DNA from: Ignavibacteriota bacterium
GTDB taxonomy: Bacteria > Bacteroidota > Ignavibacteria > UBA10030 > UBA6906
Direction of reading: 5' to 3'
NCBI GenBank assembly: GCA_963702445.1
Contig: CAVPCZ010000010.1
Span: forward strand, 105,213 to 169,212
DNA length: 64,000 bases
The translations under genes were made by a program, and so were the position numbers. Within the stretch, counting starts at the first letter, position 1. Every line of letters begins with the position of its first letter. Below are positions 9,362 to 17,777 of this stretch, in pieces. The notes beneath the pieces were generated by a model. It did no database searches. It saw nothing but the letters and a program-made list of their open reading frames with translations, and was not told the origin of the DNA.

Positions 9362-10348
9362 TTATCCCAGCTTCATGGCGAGACGGACATCCGCCATGGT
9401 TTCCGCGGCACGGCTGCGGGCGCGGGCTTCGCCTTCCCGCAGCACCGTCTCCACCTGCCCGGGATGCGCCTCCAGAAACGCCCGCGTGTCTCGAAAGGGC
9501 GCGAGCGTGTCGGCGATCCGCGCGGCAAGCCGGTTCTTGCACTCCACACAGCCGAGCGATCCCGCCCGGCATCCGCCGGCGATTTCAGGAGCCTCGCCGG
9601 CATTGAACTTCTCCTGGTACGTGAACACGAGGCAGACCTCCGGGCGCCCGGGATCGTTCTTCCGCACCTTCTGCGGGTCCGTTACCGCTCCCCGCAACTT
9701 CTGCTGAATCACCGACGGCGCATCGGAAAGCAGAATGGTGTTCCCCGCGGACTTGCTCATTTTCCTGTCAATCCCGTCAAGCCCGGGCAGCCGGGCGAAC
9801 TTCGTGAGCTTCGGCTCCGGCTCCGGAAAGACCTGGCCGTACTGACCGTTGAACCTCCGGGCGATTTCACGCGAGATTTCGACGTGGGGCACCTGGTCTT
9901 CGCCCACCGGAACGAGATCCCCCCTGTACAGAAGAATGTCGGCCGCCTGCAGCACGGGATACCCGAGGTGACCGTAGGTGATGTTCTCGATATGCAGATC
10001 GCGCACCTGGTCCTTCACCGCCGGGTTGCGCTCGAGCCGTGCGGCGGTGATGAGCATGGAAAAAATCAGGTGGAGCTCGGTGTGCTCCTTCACCTGCGAT
10101 TGCCTGAAAATCGGACTCTTTGCCGGATCGATGCCGGCCGCCAGCCAGTCGATCACCATGTCCGTCGAATGACGGTACAGATCCGAGGAATCCAGATTGG
10201 TGGTCAGCGCATGATAATCGGCTATGAGATGGTAGTTGTTGTAGTCACCCTGCAGGGCAACCCAGTTTTCAAGAGCGCCGACGAGATGGCCGAGATGCAG
10301 CTTTCCCGTTGGTCGCATGCCGCTGAGGATGGTCTTGCGCGTACTCAT
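9362..10348 (-). CDS. trpS: tryptophan--tRNA ligase
   Basis: 328 aa with class I signatures GKLHLGHLVG and KMSKS. Confidence 0.95.
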   Translation of the reverse strand: MSTRKTILSGMRPTGKLHLGHLVGALENWVALQGDYNNYHLIADYHALTTNLDSSDLYRHSTDMVIDWLAAGIDPAKSPIFRQSQVKEHTELHLIFSMLITAARLERNPAVKDQVRDLHIENITYGHLGYPVLQAADILLYRGDLVPVGEDQVPHVEISREIARRFNGQYGQVFPEPEPKLTKFARLPGLDGIDRKMSKSAGNTILLSDAPSVIQQKLRGAVTDPQKVRKNDPGRPEVCLVFTYQEKFNAGEAPEIAGGCRAGSLGCVECKNRLAARIADTLAPFRDTRAFLEAHPGQVETVLREGEARARSRAAETMADVRLAMKLG

Positions 10349-10412
10349 GTACCCCTGTTCTGGAAAACACGGTGAACGCCGGCGTCATAAGCCCGAAGGC
10401 ACAGACACGGCG

Positions 10413-10916
10413 TCAATTCAGGAAGAGATAGGGCTTCCAGCGCTCGTCGAGCGAACCGACCACGTGCCGGATGAACGTCACGTGGTTGGGACGCATGGCT
10501 TTGCGGCGAAGAGGCATCTGCGCCTCTTCCGGAGTCCGGTCACCCTTCCTGTTATTGCAGGCAACGCAGGCGCAGACCAGATTCTCCCAGGTGTCTTCAC
10601 CCGAGCGGGATACCGGGATCACGTGGTCGATCGTCAACGGCAGGTCCGCACGGCCGCAGTACTGGCACCGATGCCCGTCCCGGCGGAGGATGTTCTTGCG
10701 GGAAAGAATGATCTTCTTGTAGGGGACTCGTACAAAGACCGAGAGGCGGACAATGCTCGGAAAGGGCAATACGACGGTGGCTGCACGCACCCGATCCCCG
10801 TTGCGCACTTCTATCAGTTCCGCCTTGCCGAGATAGAGCAGGATAATGGCCTTCTTGACGTTGACAACACTCATGGGTTCGTAATTCTGGTTCAGAATCA
10901 GAACCTTGGCGTTCAA
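10413..10916 (-). CDS. HNH endonuclease
   Basis: CQYCG...IDHVIPVSRSGEDTWENLVCACVACNNRKGDRTPEEA. TTG start at 10916 (LNAKVLILNQNYEP...). ATG 10874 is an alternative start. Confidence 0.8.
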   Translation of the reverse strand: MNAKVLILNQNYEPMSVVNVKKAIILLYLGKAELIEVRNGDRVRAATVVLPFPSIVRLSVFVRVPYKKIILSRKNILRRDGHRCQYCGRADLPLTIDHVIPVSRSGEDTWENLVCACVACNNRKGDRTPEEAQMPLRRKAMRPNHVTFIRHVVGSLDERWKPYLFLN

Positions 10917-11000
10917 CCTCCCGGATGATCTGTATGCGTGACTGTATGCGCTGAAGGTGACCCTCCCTCCTGTCCGTTGCCCGTTGGAACGGTATCAAAA

Positions 11001-11029
11001 AATATACGTCCAATGCTTGTTTTTGTCAA
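11001..11029 (-). promoter_or_regulatory. sigma70-type promoter upstream of the HNH gene
   Basis: Minus strand reads TTGACA (11029..11024), a 17-nt spacer, then TATATT (11006..11001). This predicts a 5'UTR of about 77 nt. Confidence 0.5.
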
Positions 11030-11053
11030 GTTTTGCGGGCGCATATAAATAAC

Positions 11054-11080
11054 GGAGCCCCGTCAGAATGGCGGGGCTCC
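11054..11080 (-). terminator. Rho-independent terminator of the htrA-like gene
   Basis: GGAGCCCCG / CGGGGCTCC 9-bp stem. On the minus strand it is followed by GTTATTTATATG. It lies 23 nt past the stop at 11103. Confidence 0.65.
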
Positions 11081-11102
11081 GAAAAAGGGGAAATCTGAAT
11101 AA

Positions 11103-12638
11103 TTACTCGGGTATTTGCACCGCAACAAAGGCCGTTCCGGCATCTCCTTCGCGCTTGATGCGCAAAAGGACCGAATCCCCCGGCTTCCGGGATGCAATAA
11201 TGCCCTTCAGGTCAGCCGGCGTGTTCACATCCTTCCGGTCGGCCTCGAGAATCACATCATTGTCGCCGATCGACTGTTTAAAGGCTTCGCTGTAGGGCTT
11301 CAGGCCGGTGACGAGAACACCCTTGTCGACCTTGAGCTCCTGCTTTTCGGCCGGGGTGAGCGCCCGCACGCTGAATCCGAGACCCTCAAACGAGACTGTC
11401 TTGGCGGTTTCCACCACCGGATCGCGGCCGCTCTCCTTCCCTTCCGTATTTTGCGCAGTCGCCTTATCTTCCTTCCGCGCACGGAGCACAACCTTCTTGT
11501 CAAACGTCTTCCCGTCCCGGAAGAGCTTCAGCGTCACTTCATCGCCGGGATGGCGGGTGGCAATGTACGACTGAAGGTCACCCGGCTTGTTCACCTCCCT
11601 GCCGTCCACGGAGAGAATGACGTCCGATTCACGCAGTCCCGCTGCGGCAGCCGCTCCGTCCTCGACAAGTTCCTGGACAATCACCCCTTTGGCTTCCTTC
11701 ATGCCCAGGGCATTGGCCATCTTCTGCTCCACAGCCTGGATCTGCACCCCGATGTACCCGCGCCGCACTTCGCCGTATTTGATGAGATCGGCGGCAACGT
11801 ACTTGAGAAGATTCACAGGCACCGCAAACCCGTACCCCTGATACCGGGCGTTCGTCGTCGCAATGGCGGTGTTGATGCCGATCACCTCGCCGCTCATATT
11901 CACCAGCGCACCGCCGCTGTTGCCGGGGTTGATCGCCGCATCCGTCTGGATGAAGTTCTCGATCCTGTAGCTGTCCTGTATGATATTGATGTTCCGGCCG
12001 ATCGCCGACACAATCCCCGCCGTGACCGTCGAAGTGAGGCCGAGGGGGTTCCCGATCGCCAGCACCCATTCGCCGACATGGACATTCTCCGAATTGCCGA
12101 GCGCCGCGGCCGTGAGATCCTTCATGTCAATCTTGATCACCGCCAGATCGGTCGAGGGATCCGTACCGATCAGCTTCGCTTTGACGCGAATCTGATCGTG
12201 CAGGACAACCTCAATCCCGCCCTCCTTCGCATCTTCCACCACGTGGTTGTTCGTGGCGATGTAGCCGTCCGCACTCAGGATCACCCCGGATCCGAATCCC
12301 GTCGACGGCTGCTCCTGTTCAGGCATCTTGAAGTCAGGTCCAAAAAAGTGATAGAAATCCCTCGGCATGCGCTGGCTCTGCCCTTTTCCCTTTGTCGTCA
12401 CCTCAATAGCCACAACCGAAGGAGTGGCGGCCTTCGAGATCAGGGCAAAATTGTCGCTGAGTGCCTTGACGGCGGGATTCTGGACCATCACCGGGACGGG
12501 TCCGCCCAGTTTCACGTCCCCGCCACTCCAGGCCATGCCCAGATCAACGCCGTTGCCGAACGACGATACAAGGAGTGCACCCAGGACAACACCCGCGGTG
12601 AGGATCGACAGCGACGCGAAAAGATACTTCTTGACCAT
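11103..12638 (-). CDS. htrA: HtrA/DegP-family periplasmic serine protease, two PDZ domains
   Basis: Trimmed to ATG 12638 (GGAGG upstream; MVKKYLFASLSILTAGVVLGALL). Triad context TNNHVV, DLAVIKI, GNSGGALVN. Confidence 0.9.
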   Translation of the reverse strand: MVKKYLFASLSILTAGVVLGALLVSSFGNGVDLGMAWSGGDVKLGGPVPVMVQNPAVKALSDNFALISKAATPSVVAIEVTTKGKGQSQRMPRDFYHFFGPDFKMPEQEQPSTGFGSGVILSADGYIATNNHVVEDAKEGGIEVVLHDQIRVKAKLIGTDPSTDLAVIKIDMKDLTAAALGNSENVHVGEWVLAIGNPLGLTSTVTAGIVSAIGRNINIIQDSYRIENFIQTDAAINPGNSGGALVNMSGEVIGINTAIATTNARYQGYGFAVPVNLLKYVAADLIKYGEVRRGYIGVQIQAVEQKMANALGMKEAKGVIVQELVEDGAAAAAGLRESDVILSVDGREVNKPGDLQSYIATRHPGDEVTLKLFRDGKTFDKKVVLRARKEDKATAQNTEGKESGRDPVVETAKTVSFEGLGFSVRALTPAEKQELKVDKGVLVTGLKPYSEAFKQSIGDNDVILEADRKDVNTPADLKGIIASRKPGDSVLLRIKREGDAGTAFVAVQIPE

Positions 12639-12663
12639 GTGACTTACCTCCGTTGATGAACGT

Positions 12664-13440
12664 TTACTCTTCGAGCATGGCGAACACCTGCTCCGACCGC
12701 AGGGGACGCATGCCGGTAACATGATGCCGGACCAGATGGCGGAGGAGAGCAGCGACTTCCTTCCCTGCCGCAGGCGCGAGGGAGACACGCAACGCGGGTT
12801 CCGCGCCGCTCAGCGTTTGAAACAGATCCAGAGCCTTCATTCCGGCAAGACCGATGGTCGCCTCTCCCCCGACACCCGGGGCGCATAGTGCGCACAGCAC
12901 ACCGGATGGCGTAACGGCGAAGCGGGCATCCATCGCCGCCGGACCTGTGCTCTCCACGGAGGCTCCGCATGTTGAACAGCGGCGCACATCCGGACGGAAA
13001 CCCACCAGGCCAAGCAAATGCACCTCGTAATAGTATAACGCATTTTCATACCACCGAGTTGCATTATTCAAGGATTCCAGGCTGTCTGCCAGCAAATCGT
13101 AGAAATCGACATTCTTTTCCTCGGGCGGCATGGCCAGATTCGCCAGTTCCACCATCGCCATCGCGGGGGCCATTTTCCGGAGATTTTCGACAAGTCCGCG
13201 GGATGACCGGATCAGCTCGCATTGCGTAAGCAGCTGCAATTCGCGCGAAGGTTTCGTGTACAGCACCACCCTCACACGGTTCATCGCTTCAAGCGAAGAT
13301 CCAGAGACGCGGGGATTGTTCCGGATACCCTTGGCAATAACCGAAATCTTGCCATGATCGCGCGTGTATATCGTCGCAATCATGCTCGATTCGCGGTATT
13401 TCATCGTCTTGAGAACGATTGCTTCGGTTGTCAGAATCAT
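12664..13440 (-). CDS. recO: DNA repair protein RecO
   Basis: 258 aa with an OB-fold N-terminus (EAIVLKTMKYRESSMIATIYT) and a Cys-rich zinc motif (CSTCG...CALC). ATGA overlap with mtnA. Confidence 0.8.
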   Translation of the reverse strand: MILTTEAIVLKTMKYRESSMIATIYTRDHGKISVIAKGIRNNPRVSGSSLEAMNRVRVVLYTKPSRELQLLTQCELIRSSRGLVENLRKMAPAMAMVELANLAMPPEEKNVDFYDLLADSLESLNNATRWYENALYYYEVHLLGLVGFRPDVRRCSTCGASVESTGPAAMDARFAVTPSGVLCALCAPGVGGEATIGLAGMKALDLFQTLSGAEPALRVSLAPAAGKEVAALLRHLVRHHVTGMRPLRSEQVFAMLEE

Positions 13441-14474
13441 CTGGCCTTCAGCACGTCCGCAATGGTCTCTGCGTAGGGAGGACGGAGAACCCCCTTCTCT
13501 GTAACAATTGCGGTAATCAACTCGTTCGGCGTCACATCAAAGGCGGGTGCGAAGACCCCGACTCCGGCCGGTGCCACCGCAACACCCGCGAAATGCGTGA
13601 CTTCGGCGGGGTTGCGCTCCTCTATCGGAATCCTGTCGCCGGAGGGCGTGCCGGGATCAAGTGTCGAGGTGGGAGCAGCGATGTAAAAAGAAACGCCGTG
13701 GCGCTGCGCGAGTACTGCAAGGGGATACGTTCCCACTTTGTTTGCGGCATCGCCGTTGGCGGCGATACGGTCGGCACCCACAATCACCGCCTGGACGCGT
13801 CCTTCGCGCAAAACCGTCCCGGCGGTGGAATCCGTGATAAGCACCACCGGAATTCCGGCCTGTCCCAGCTCCCAGGCGGTAAGCCGGGCTCCCTGCAGAA
13901 GCGGCCGGGTCTCATCGACATATACACGAACAACCTTCCCCTGGCGAGCCGCCGCGGTCACACAGCTGAGCGCGGTCCCGTCACCCGCCGTCGCCAGCGC
14001 TCCGGCATTGCAGTGGGTGAGGAGCGACGAACCCGGCATGATCAGCCCGGCACCCAGCTCCCCTATCCGGCGACATGCGTCAATATCCTCCTGCTGGATG
14101 GCGCACGCTTCCCGTTCAAGAGCGGCGTAAAGCCGGGCCTCGCTCTCCCCGGCCTGACACTCCAGCACTGCACGCATCCGGTCGAGGGCATAAAAAAGGT
14201 TGACCGCTGTCGGACGCGTCTCTGCCAGATACGCTATCGCACGACGCAGACGGCCGCGCAGATCGGGAACATCGGGGAAAGACCTGGAGTGAAGGGCGAG
14301 GAGAAGTCCGAATGCCGCCGCCACCCCGATGGCGGGGGCGCCGCGGACGCGAAGGGTGCGGATCGCTTCACCGACGACCGTCAGGTCGTCTGTATCAACC
14401 CATACCTCCTGCTGCGGTAACAGTGTCTGATCGATGAAGCGGAACTTGCCAGCGACCCAATCGACGGCCCTCAT
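13437..14474 (-). CDS. mtnA: S-methyl-5-thioribose-1-phosphate isomerase (eIF-2B alpha/beta/delta family)
   Basis: MRAVDWVAGKFRFIDQTLLPQQEVWV...VRGAPAIGVAAAFG...THCNAGALAT...VGADRIAANGDAANKVGTY. TTG 14486 is an alternative start. Confidence 0.85.
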   Translation of the reverse strand: MRAVDWVAGKFRFIDQTLLPQQEVWVDTDDLTVVGEAIRTLRVRGAPAIGVAAAFGLLLALHSRSFPDVPDLRGRLRRAIAYLAETRPTAVNLFYALDRMRAVLECQAGESEARLYAALEREACAIQQEDIDACRRIGELGAGLIMPGSSLLTHCNAGALATAGDGTALSCVTAAARQGKVVRVYVDETRPLLQGARLTAWELGQAGIPVVLITDSTAGTVLREGRVQAVIVGADRIAANGDAANKVGTYPLAVLAQRHGVSFYIAAPTSTLDPGTPSGDRIPIEERNPAEVTHFAGVAVAPAGVGVFAPAFDVTPNELITAIVTEKGVLRPPYAETIADVLKAR

Positions 14475-14482
14475 GGCAGCGT

Positions 14483-15398
14483 TCAATCCTCATCAAAGCG
14501 GGACAGCTCCCGGAACTCGCGGAACCTGTCCTGGATGCCCAGATAGGTAAGACCGGCAAGACCGGCAACGCCGAACTTTTCCACGCAGAACGATGCGAGG
14601 GTGCTGCCGTAGATGACCGCGCGTTTCAGGTTCTCTTCGGACATGTCCTCGGTCCGGGCAAGCCAGCCGATAAAACCGCCCGCAAAGGAATCCCCCGCCC
14701 CGGTCGGATCGAAGATGTTCTCCATGGGATATGCCGGAGCCGAAAACACCATCTGTTCCGTGAGCAGCAGCGCCCCGTGCTCACCTTTCTTGATGATGAC
14801 CACGGACGGCCCCATTCCCCTGATCACTTTGGAGGCCTTGATCAGGTTCGGTTCGCGCGAAAGAAGACGGGCTTCGGAATCGTTCAGAATCAGGACGTTG
14901 ATCATCTTCAACGTCTTCTCGAGTTCTTCGCGCTTTCCGTTGATCCAGTAGTTCATGGTGTCGCACACCACAAGCCGCGGACTCTCGAGCTGCTGCAACA
15001 CTTTTCGCTGCAGCACCGGGTCAATATTGCCCAGGCAGACATTCCGCATCTTCCGGAACCGTTCCGGAATCTTGGGGTCGAACGATTCAAACACGTTCAG
15101 GTCCGTGGAGAGACTGTCGCGTTCATTCAGATCGTAGTGATAACGGCCGGACCAGCGGAAGGTCTTCCCGTCGCTTGATCACTTCCAGCCCCTCAAGATC
15201 GACGTTGCGATCTTCCAGGAAGGCCATCCCTTCGCGGGGAAAATCGCCCCCGACGACACCCACCAGGCGAACCGGATTCACGAAATAGCTGGCGGCCGCC
15301 GAAATATACGTCGCCGACCCACCCACGGCTTCCTTCACCGACCCGAAGGGTGTTTCAATTGTGTCCAGAGCCACGGAACCGACGACGAGCACGCTCAC
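14483..15398 (-). pseudogene. PfkB-family sugar/nucleoside kinase, reading frame broken once (~15170-15175)
   Basis: N-terminal ORF 15123..15398 (GTG start, AAGGAG 6 nt upstream) and C-terminal ORF 14483..15094 (DPTGAGDSFAGGF). The frame-shifted text GKTFRWSGRYHYDLNERDSLSTDLNVFESFDP bridges them. The span is 916 nt (3n+1). Confidence 0.8.
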
Positions 15399-15449
15399 GA
15401 GCTTCTCCTTACCTGGTGCGCAGCTGCCTGTGAATGACCGGAACAGTGC

Positions 15450-15478
15450 AATTTACAGAATCGCCCTGCAATTATCAA
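15450..15478 (-). promoter_or_regulatory. sigma70-type promoter upstream of the pfkB-family gene
   Basis: Minus strand reads TTGATA (15478..15473, overlapping the Nudix stop), a 17-nt spacer, then TAAATT (15455..15450). Confidence 0.4.
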
Positions 15479-15945
15479 GGAATCGGAATCTCCAGGCGAG
15501 CCGCCGCCTCTTCCCCGCGAACGATGTACTCATCGACGATGTCCACGGCCTGACGGTGACTCGGCCACACCAGCCTCCGGCGGATGTCCGGATACGGAAG
15601 CCAGGCGCCGTCCCGGTGCTCCTCCGACAGGACCATCCGCGCATCCGGCAGAACCTGTGCGGCAAAAACCGGACAGAGGTCGATTTCCTGCCGCCGCGTG
15701 TCATAGAACGAGGTCAGCATGGGAAGAGACCAGAAGCGCTGCGGACTGAGCCCTGTTTCTTCGTGAAGTTCACGCAGCGCGGTCTGCACTCCCCGTTCCC
15801 CATCCATCACCGTTCCCGTGATGATCTGCCACATTCCGGGGTGAACGCTCTCCGAAAAAGCCCGCTGGAGCACAAGGTACTCCGCCCGGTCCTGCATGAA
15901 GCGGAAGACGCAGACTTCCACAATGCGGCTGACAAGAGGTATCAT
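15475..15945 (-). CDS. Nudix hydrolase
   Basis: Nudix box GTVMDGERGVQTALRELHEETGL. ATGA overlap with the upstream stop. Confidence 0.85.
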   Translation of the reverse strand: MIPLVSRIVEVCVFRFMQDRAEYLVLQRAFSESVHPGMWQIITGTVMDGERGVQTALRELHEETGLSPQRFWSLPMLTSFYDTRRQEIDLCPVFAAQVLPDARMVLSEEHRDGAWLPYPDIRRRLVWPSHRQAVDIVDEYIVRGEEAAARLEIPIP

Positions 15946-16767
15946 GGGGCTCCTCTAAAAGTCGCCGGTCGTTGCGGCGCGGCCGCCGCGGAAGGCGGTT
16001 TGCTCCGGGCCGGCCCGCGGACCGGCGGCACTGTCTGCGCCGACAGTGACCGGTGTTCCTGCTCCGTCAGCTGCCGCACGGCGCCGGGAAGAAGACCATC
16101 GAGCGTGACCTCCCCGATCGCCGTCCGAACCAGACCCAGCACCGAGTAGCCCAGCTCTTCGGCCATGCGGCGGACCTGGCGGTTCTTCCCTTCGCTCAAC
16201 GTGATCGACACCTCCTGCGGCACGGAACCGGACGGCGATACGAGAACAGGCCGCAAGCGCGTGCCGTCCGCGAGCACCATCCCCCGCCGCCAGAGATCAG
16301 CATGATGAGCGGCGAGAGGGATGTCGAGCGACAGTTGATAGGTTTTCGGCACATGGCGGAGGGGACTCGTGACAGCTTTCGCCGAACCGGACATCGTTCG
16401 TGAAGAGGAGCAGCCCGCCGGTCTCTTTGTCGAGACGTCCGACCGGGAAGAGGTGCGGCAGGTCCGCCGGCAGCAAGTCATACACCGTCCGCCTGCCGCG
16501 CTCGTCCGAACGCGTGGTCACATATCCGGCAGGCTTGAACAGTGCGAGATACACGTGGTGCGCCGGACGGGCGGGACTGCCGTCGATGCTTATGCGGTCG
16601 ACCCGGGGATCCAACCAGAGGGAGGGGGAGCGGACGGGCCGCCCGTTCACACGCACACAACCCTGACGGACCAACCCCTCCGCCTGCGTGCGCGAAGCGA
16701 GACCGAATTTGGAGATGGCACGGATGAGGGAAACCTGCTCCCGGCCTGTGCGGTTTTTGCTGATCAT
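15942..16767 (-). pseudogene. pseudouridine synthase (RsuA/RluB/E/F family), reading frame broken once (~16375-16381)
   Basis: The N-terminal part (frame of ORF 16297..16932, from ATG 16767: MISKNRTG...S4 domain...FPVGRLDKETGGLLLFTNDVRFGE) continues in the frame of ORF 15942..16481 (AVTSPLRHVPKTYQLSLD...GKNRQVRRM). The junction is at GGCGAAAGCT. The span is 826 nt (3n+1). Confidence 0.8.
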
Positions 16768-17588
16768 GGGCGGCTGCGAACGGCGTCGCCCATGGTTCCC
16801 GCCGGCATCCGGTGCAGGCCGGAAAGCACGATACCGCAGGCAACACCCACGTTGAGCGATTCCGCCAGGCCGTATCGCCGGATGCCCACCCGGACGTCGC
16901 TCAATTCCCGCACCTGATCCGAAACCCCCCACGCTTCACTGCCGAAGACGATCAACGATTTCCGGGCGAACCGTACCCGATCGAAATGCAGTTCTCCGTC
17001 GGCGGCGGTGACGTAGACCGTGTAGCCCATCGCTTTCGCGTGCGAGAGCAGGGGAAGCAGATCCACATCGGGTGCCACCGGCAGATGAAACAGACTCCCC
17101 ATCGTGCTCCTGACCACCTTCGGGTTGTACAGATCAACACAATTCCTGCCGAGGATCATACCGTGCACGCCGAACCAGTCCGCACTCCGTATAATGGATC
17201 CGAGATTACCGGGGTCCGCAACCCCGTCCAGTCCGACGATACACGACTCTTCAGGCCCCGGACGGAGCAGTGTCTCGGCAGGAGGATTTTGCTGGCACAT
17301 CACCCCCAGGATCCCCTGGTTCTGAACTGTCCAGGAGATGCTCTCCATCTGGCGATCGGTGACTTGCTGGCAATCGACGGAACGGTTCCGCGCTTCTGCG
17401 AGAAGCCTGCGGGTCCCGGGGTCATCCATGCTTCCCGCCGTGTAGTACAACGATTGCATGGTGAAATGCGAGGAGACCGCTTCCTTCAGAAGGCGAACAC
17501 CTTCCACCACAAACAGCCCGCTGTTTTCGCGTGCCTTTTTGTTTTCGAGAGCGCGGATCTCTTTCACTGCGTTCTTTGTAAGCGGCAT
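16764..17588 (-). CDS. TrmH/SpoU-family RNA 2'-O-methyltransferase
   Basis: Trimmed to ATG 17588 (AGGAGAAG 8 nt upstream; MPLTKNAVKEI). SpoU motifs DGVADPGNLGSIIRSADWFG, FGSEAWGVS, ESLNVGVACG. Confidence 0.8.
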   Translation of the reverse strand: MPLTKNAVKEIRALENKKARENSGLFVVEGVRLLKEAVSSHFTMQSLYYTAGSMDDPGTRRLLAEARNRSVDCQQVTDRQMESISWTVQNQGILGVMCQQNPPAETLLRPGPEESCIVGLDGVADPGNLGSIIRSADWFGVHGMILGRNCVDLYNPKVVRSTMGSLFHLPVAPDVDLLPLLSHAKAMGYTVYVTAADGELHFDRVRFARKSLIVFGSEAWGVSDQVRELSDVRVGIRRYGLAESLNVGVACGIVLSGLHRMPAGTMGDAVRSRP

Positions 17589-17638
17589 ACACTGCTTCTC
17601 CTGCAAGGCCGGGCACCATGGGTCGAAGAGATGGAAAC

Positions 17639-17667
17639 ATGATAAACAACCGATGCTCGAGAATCAA
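17639..17667 (-). promoter_or_regulatory. sigma70-type promoter upstream of the trmH-family gene
   Basis: Minus strand reads TTGATT (17667..17662), a 17-nt spacer, then TATCAT (17644..17639). Confidence 0.4.
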
Positions 17668-17777
17668 GGCGGTGATGTCCGCCGGAACCATGCATCGCGG
17701 GAATCATGCACTGCTGCCACCTTCTGCCAAATCCTCAATGGGAAAATCATCGACCGGTCTTGAGACGATTCTGAAGG

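Noticed and set aside
10930-10950. Direct repeat CTGTATGCG-TGA-CTGTATGCG in the predicted 5'UTR of the HNH gene.
   Set aside because: By rough estimate, a 9-nt short-range repeat is expected a few times by chance in a window of this size, and nothing else supports a function. It is worth a look only if it is conserved in relatives.
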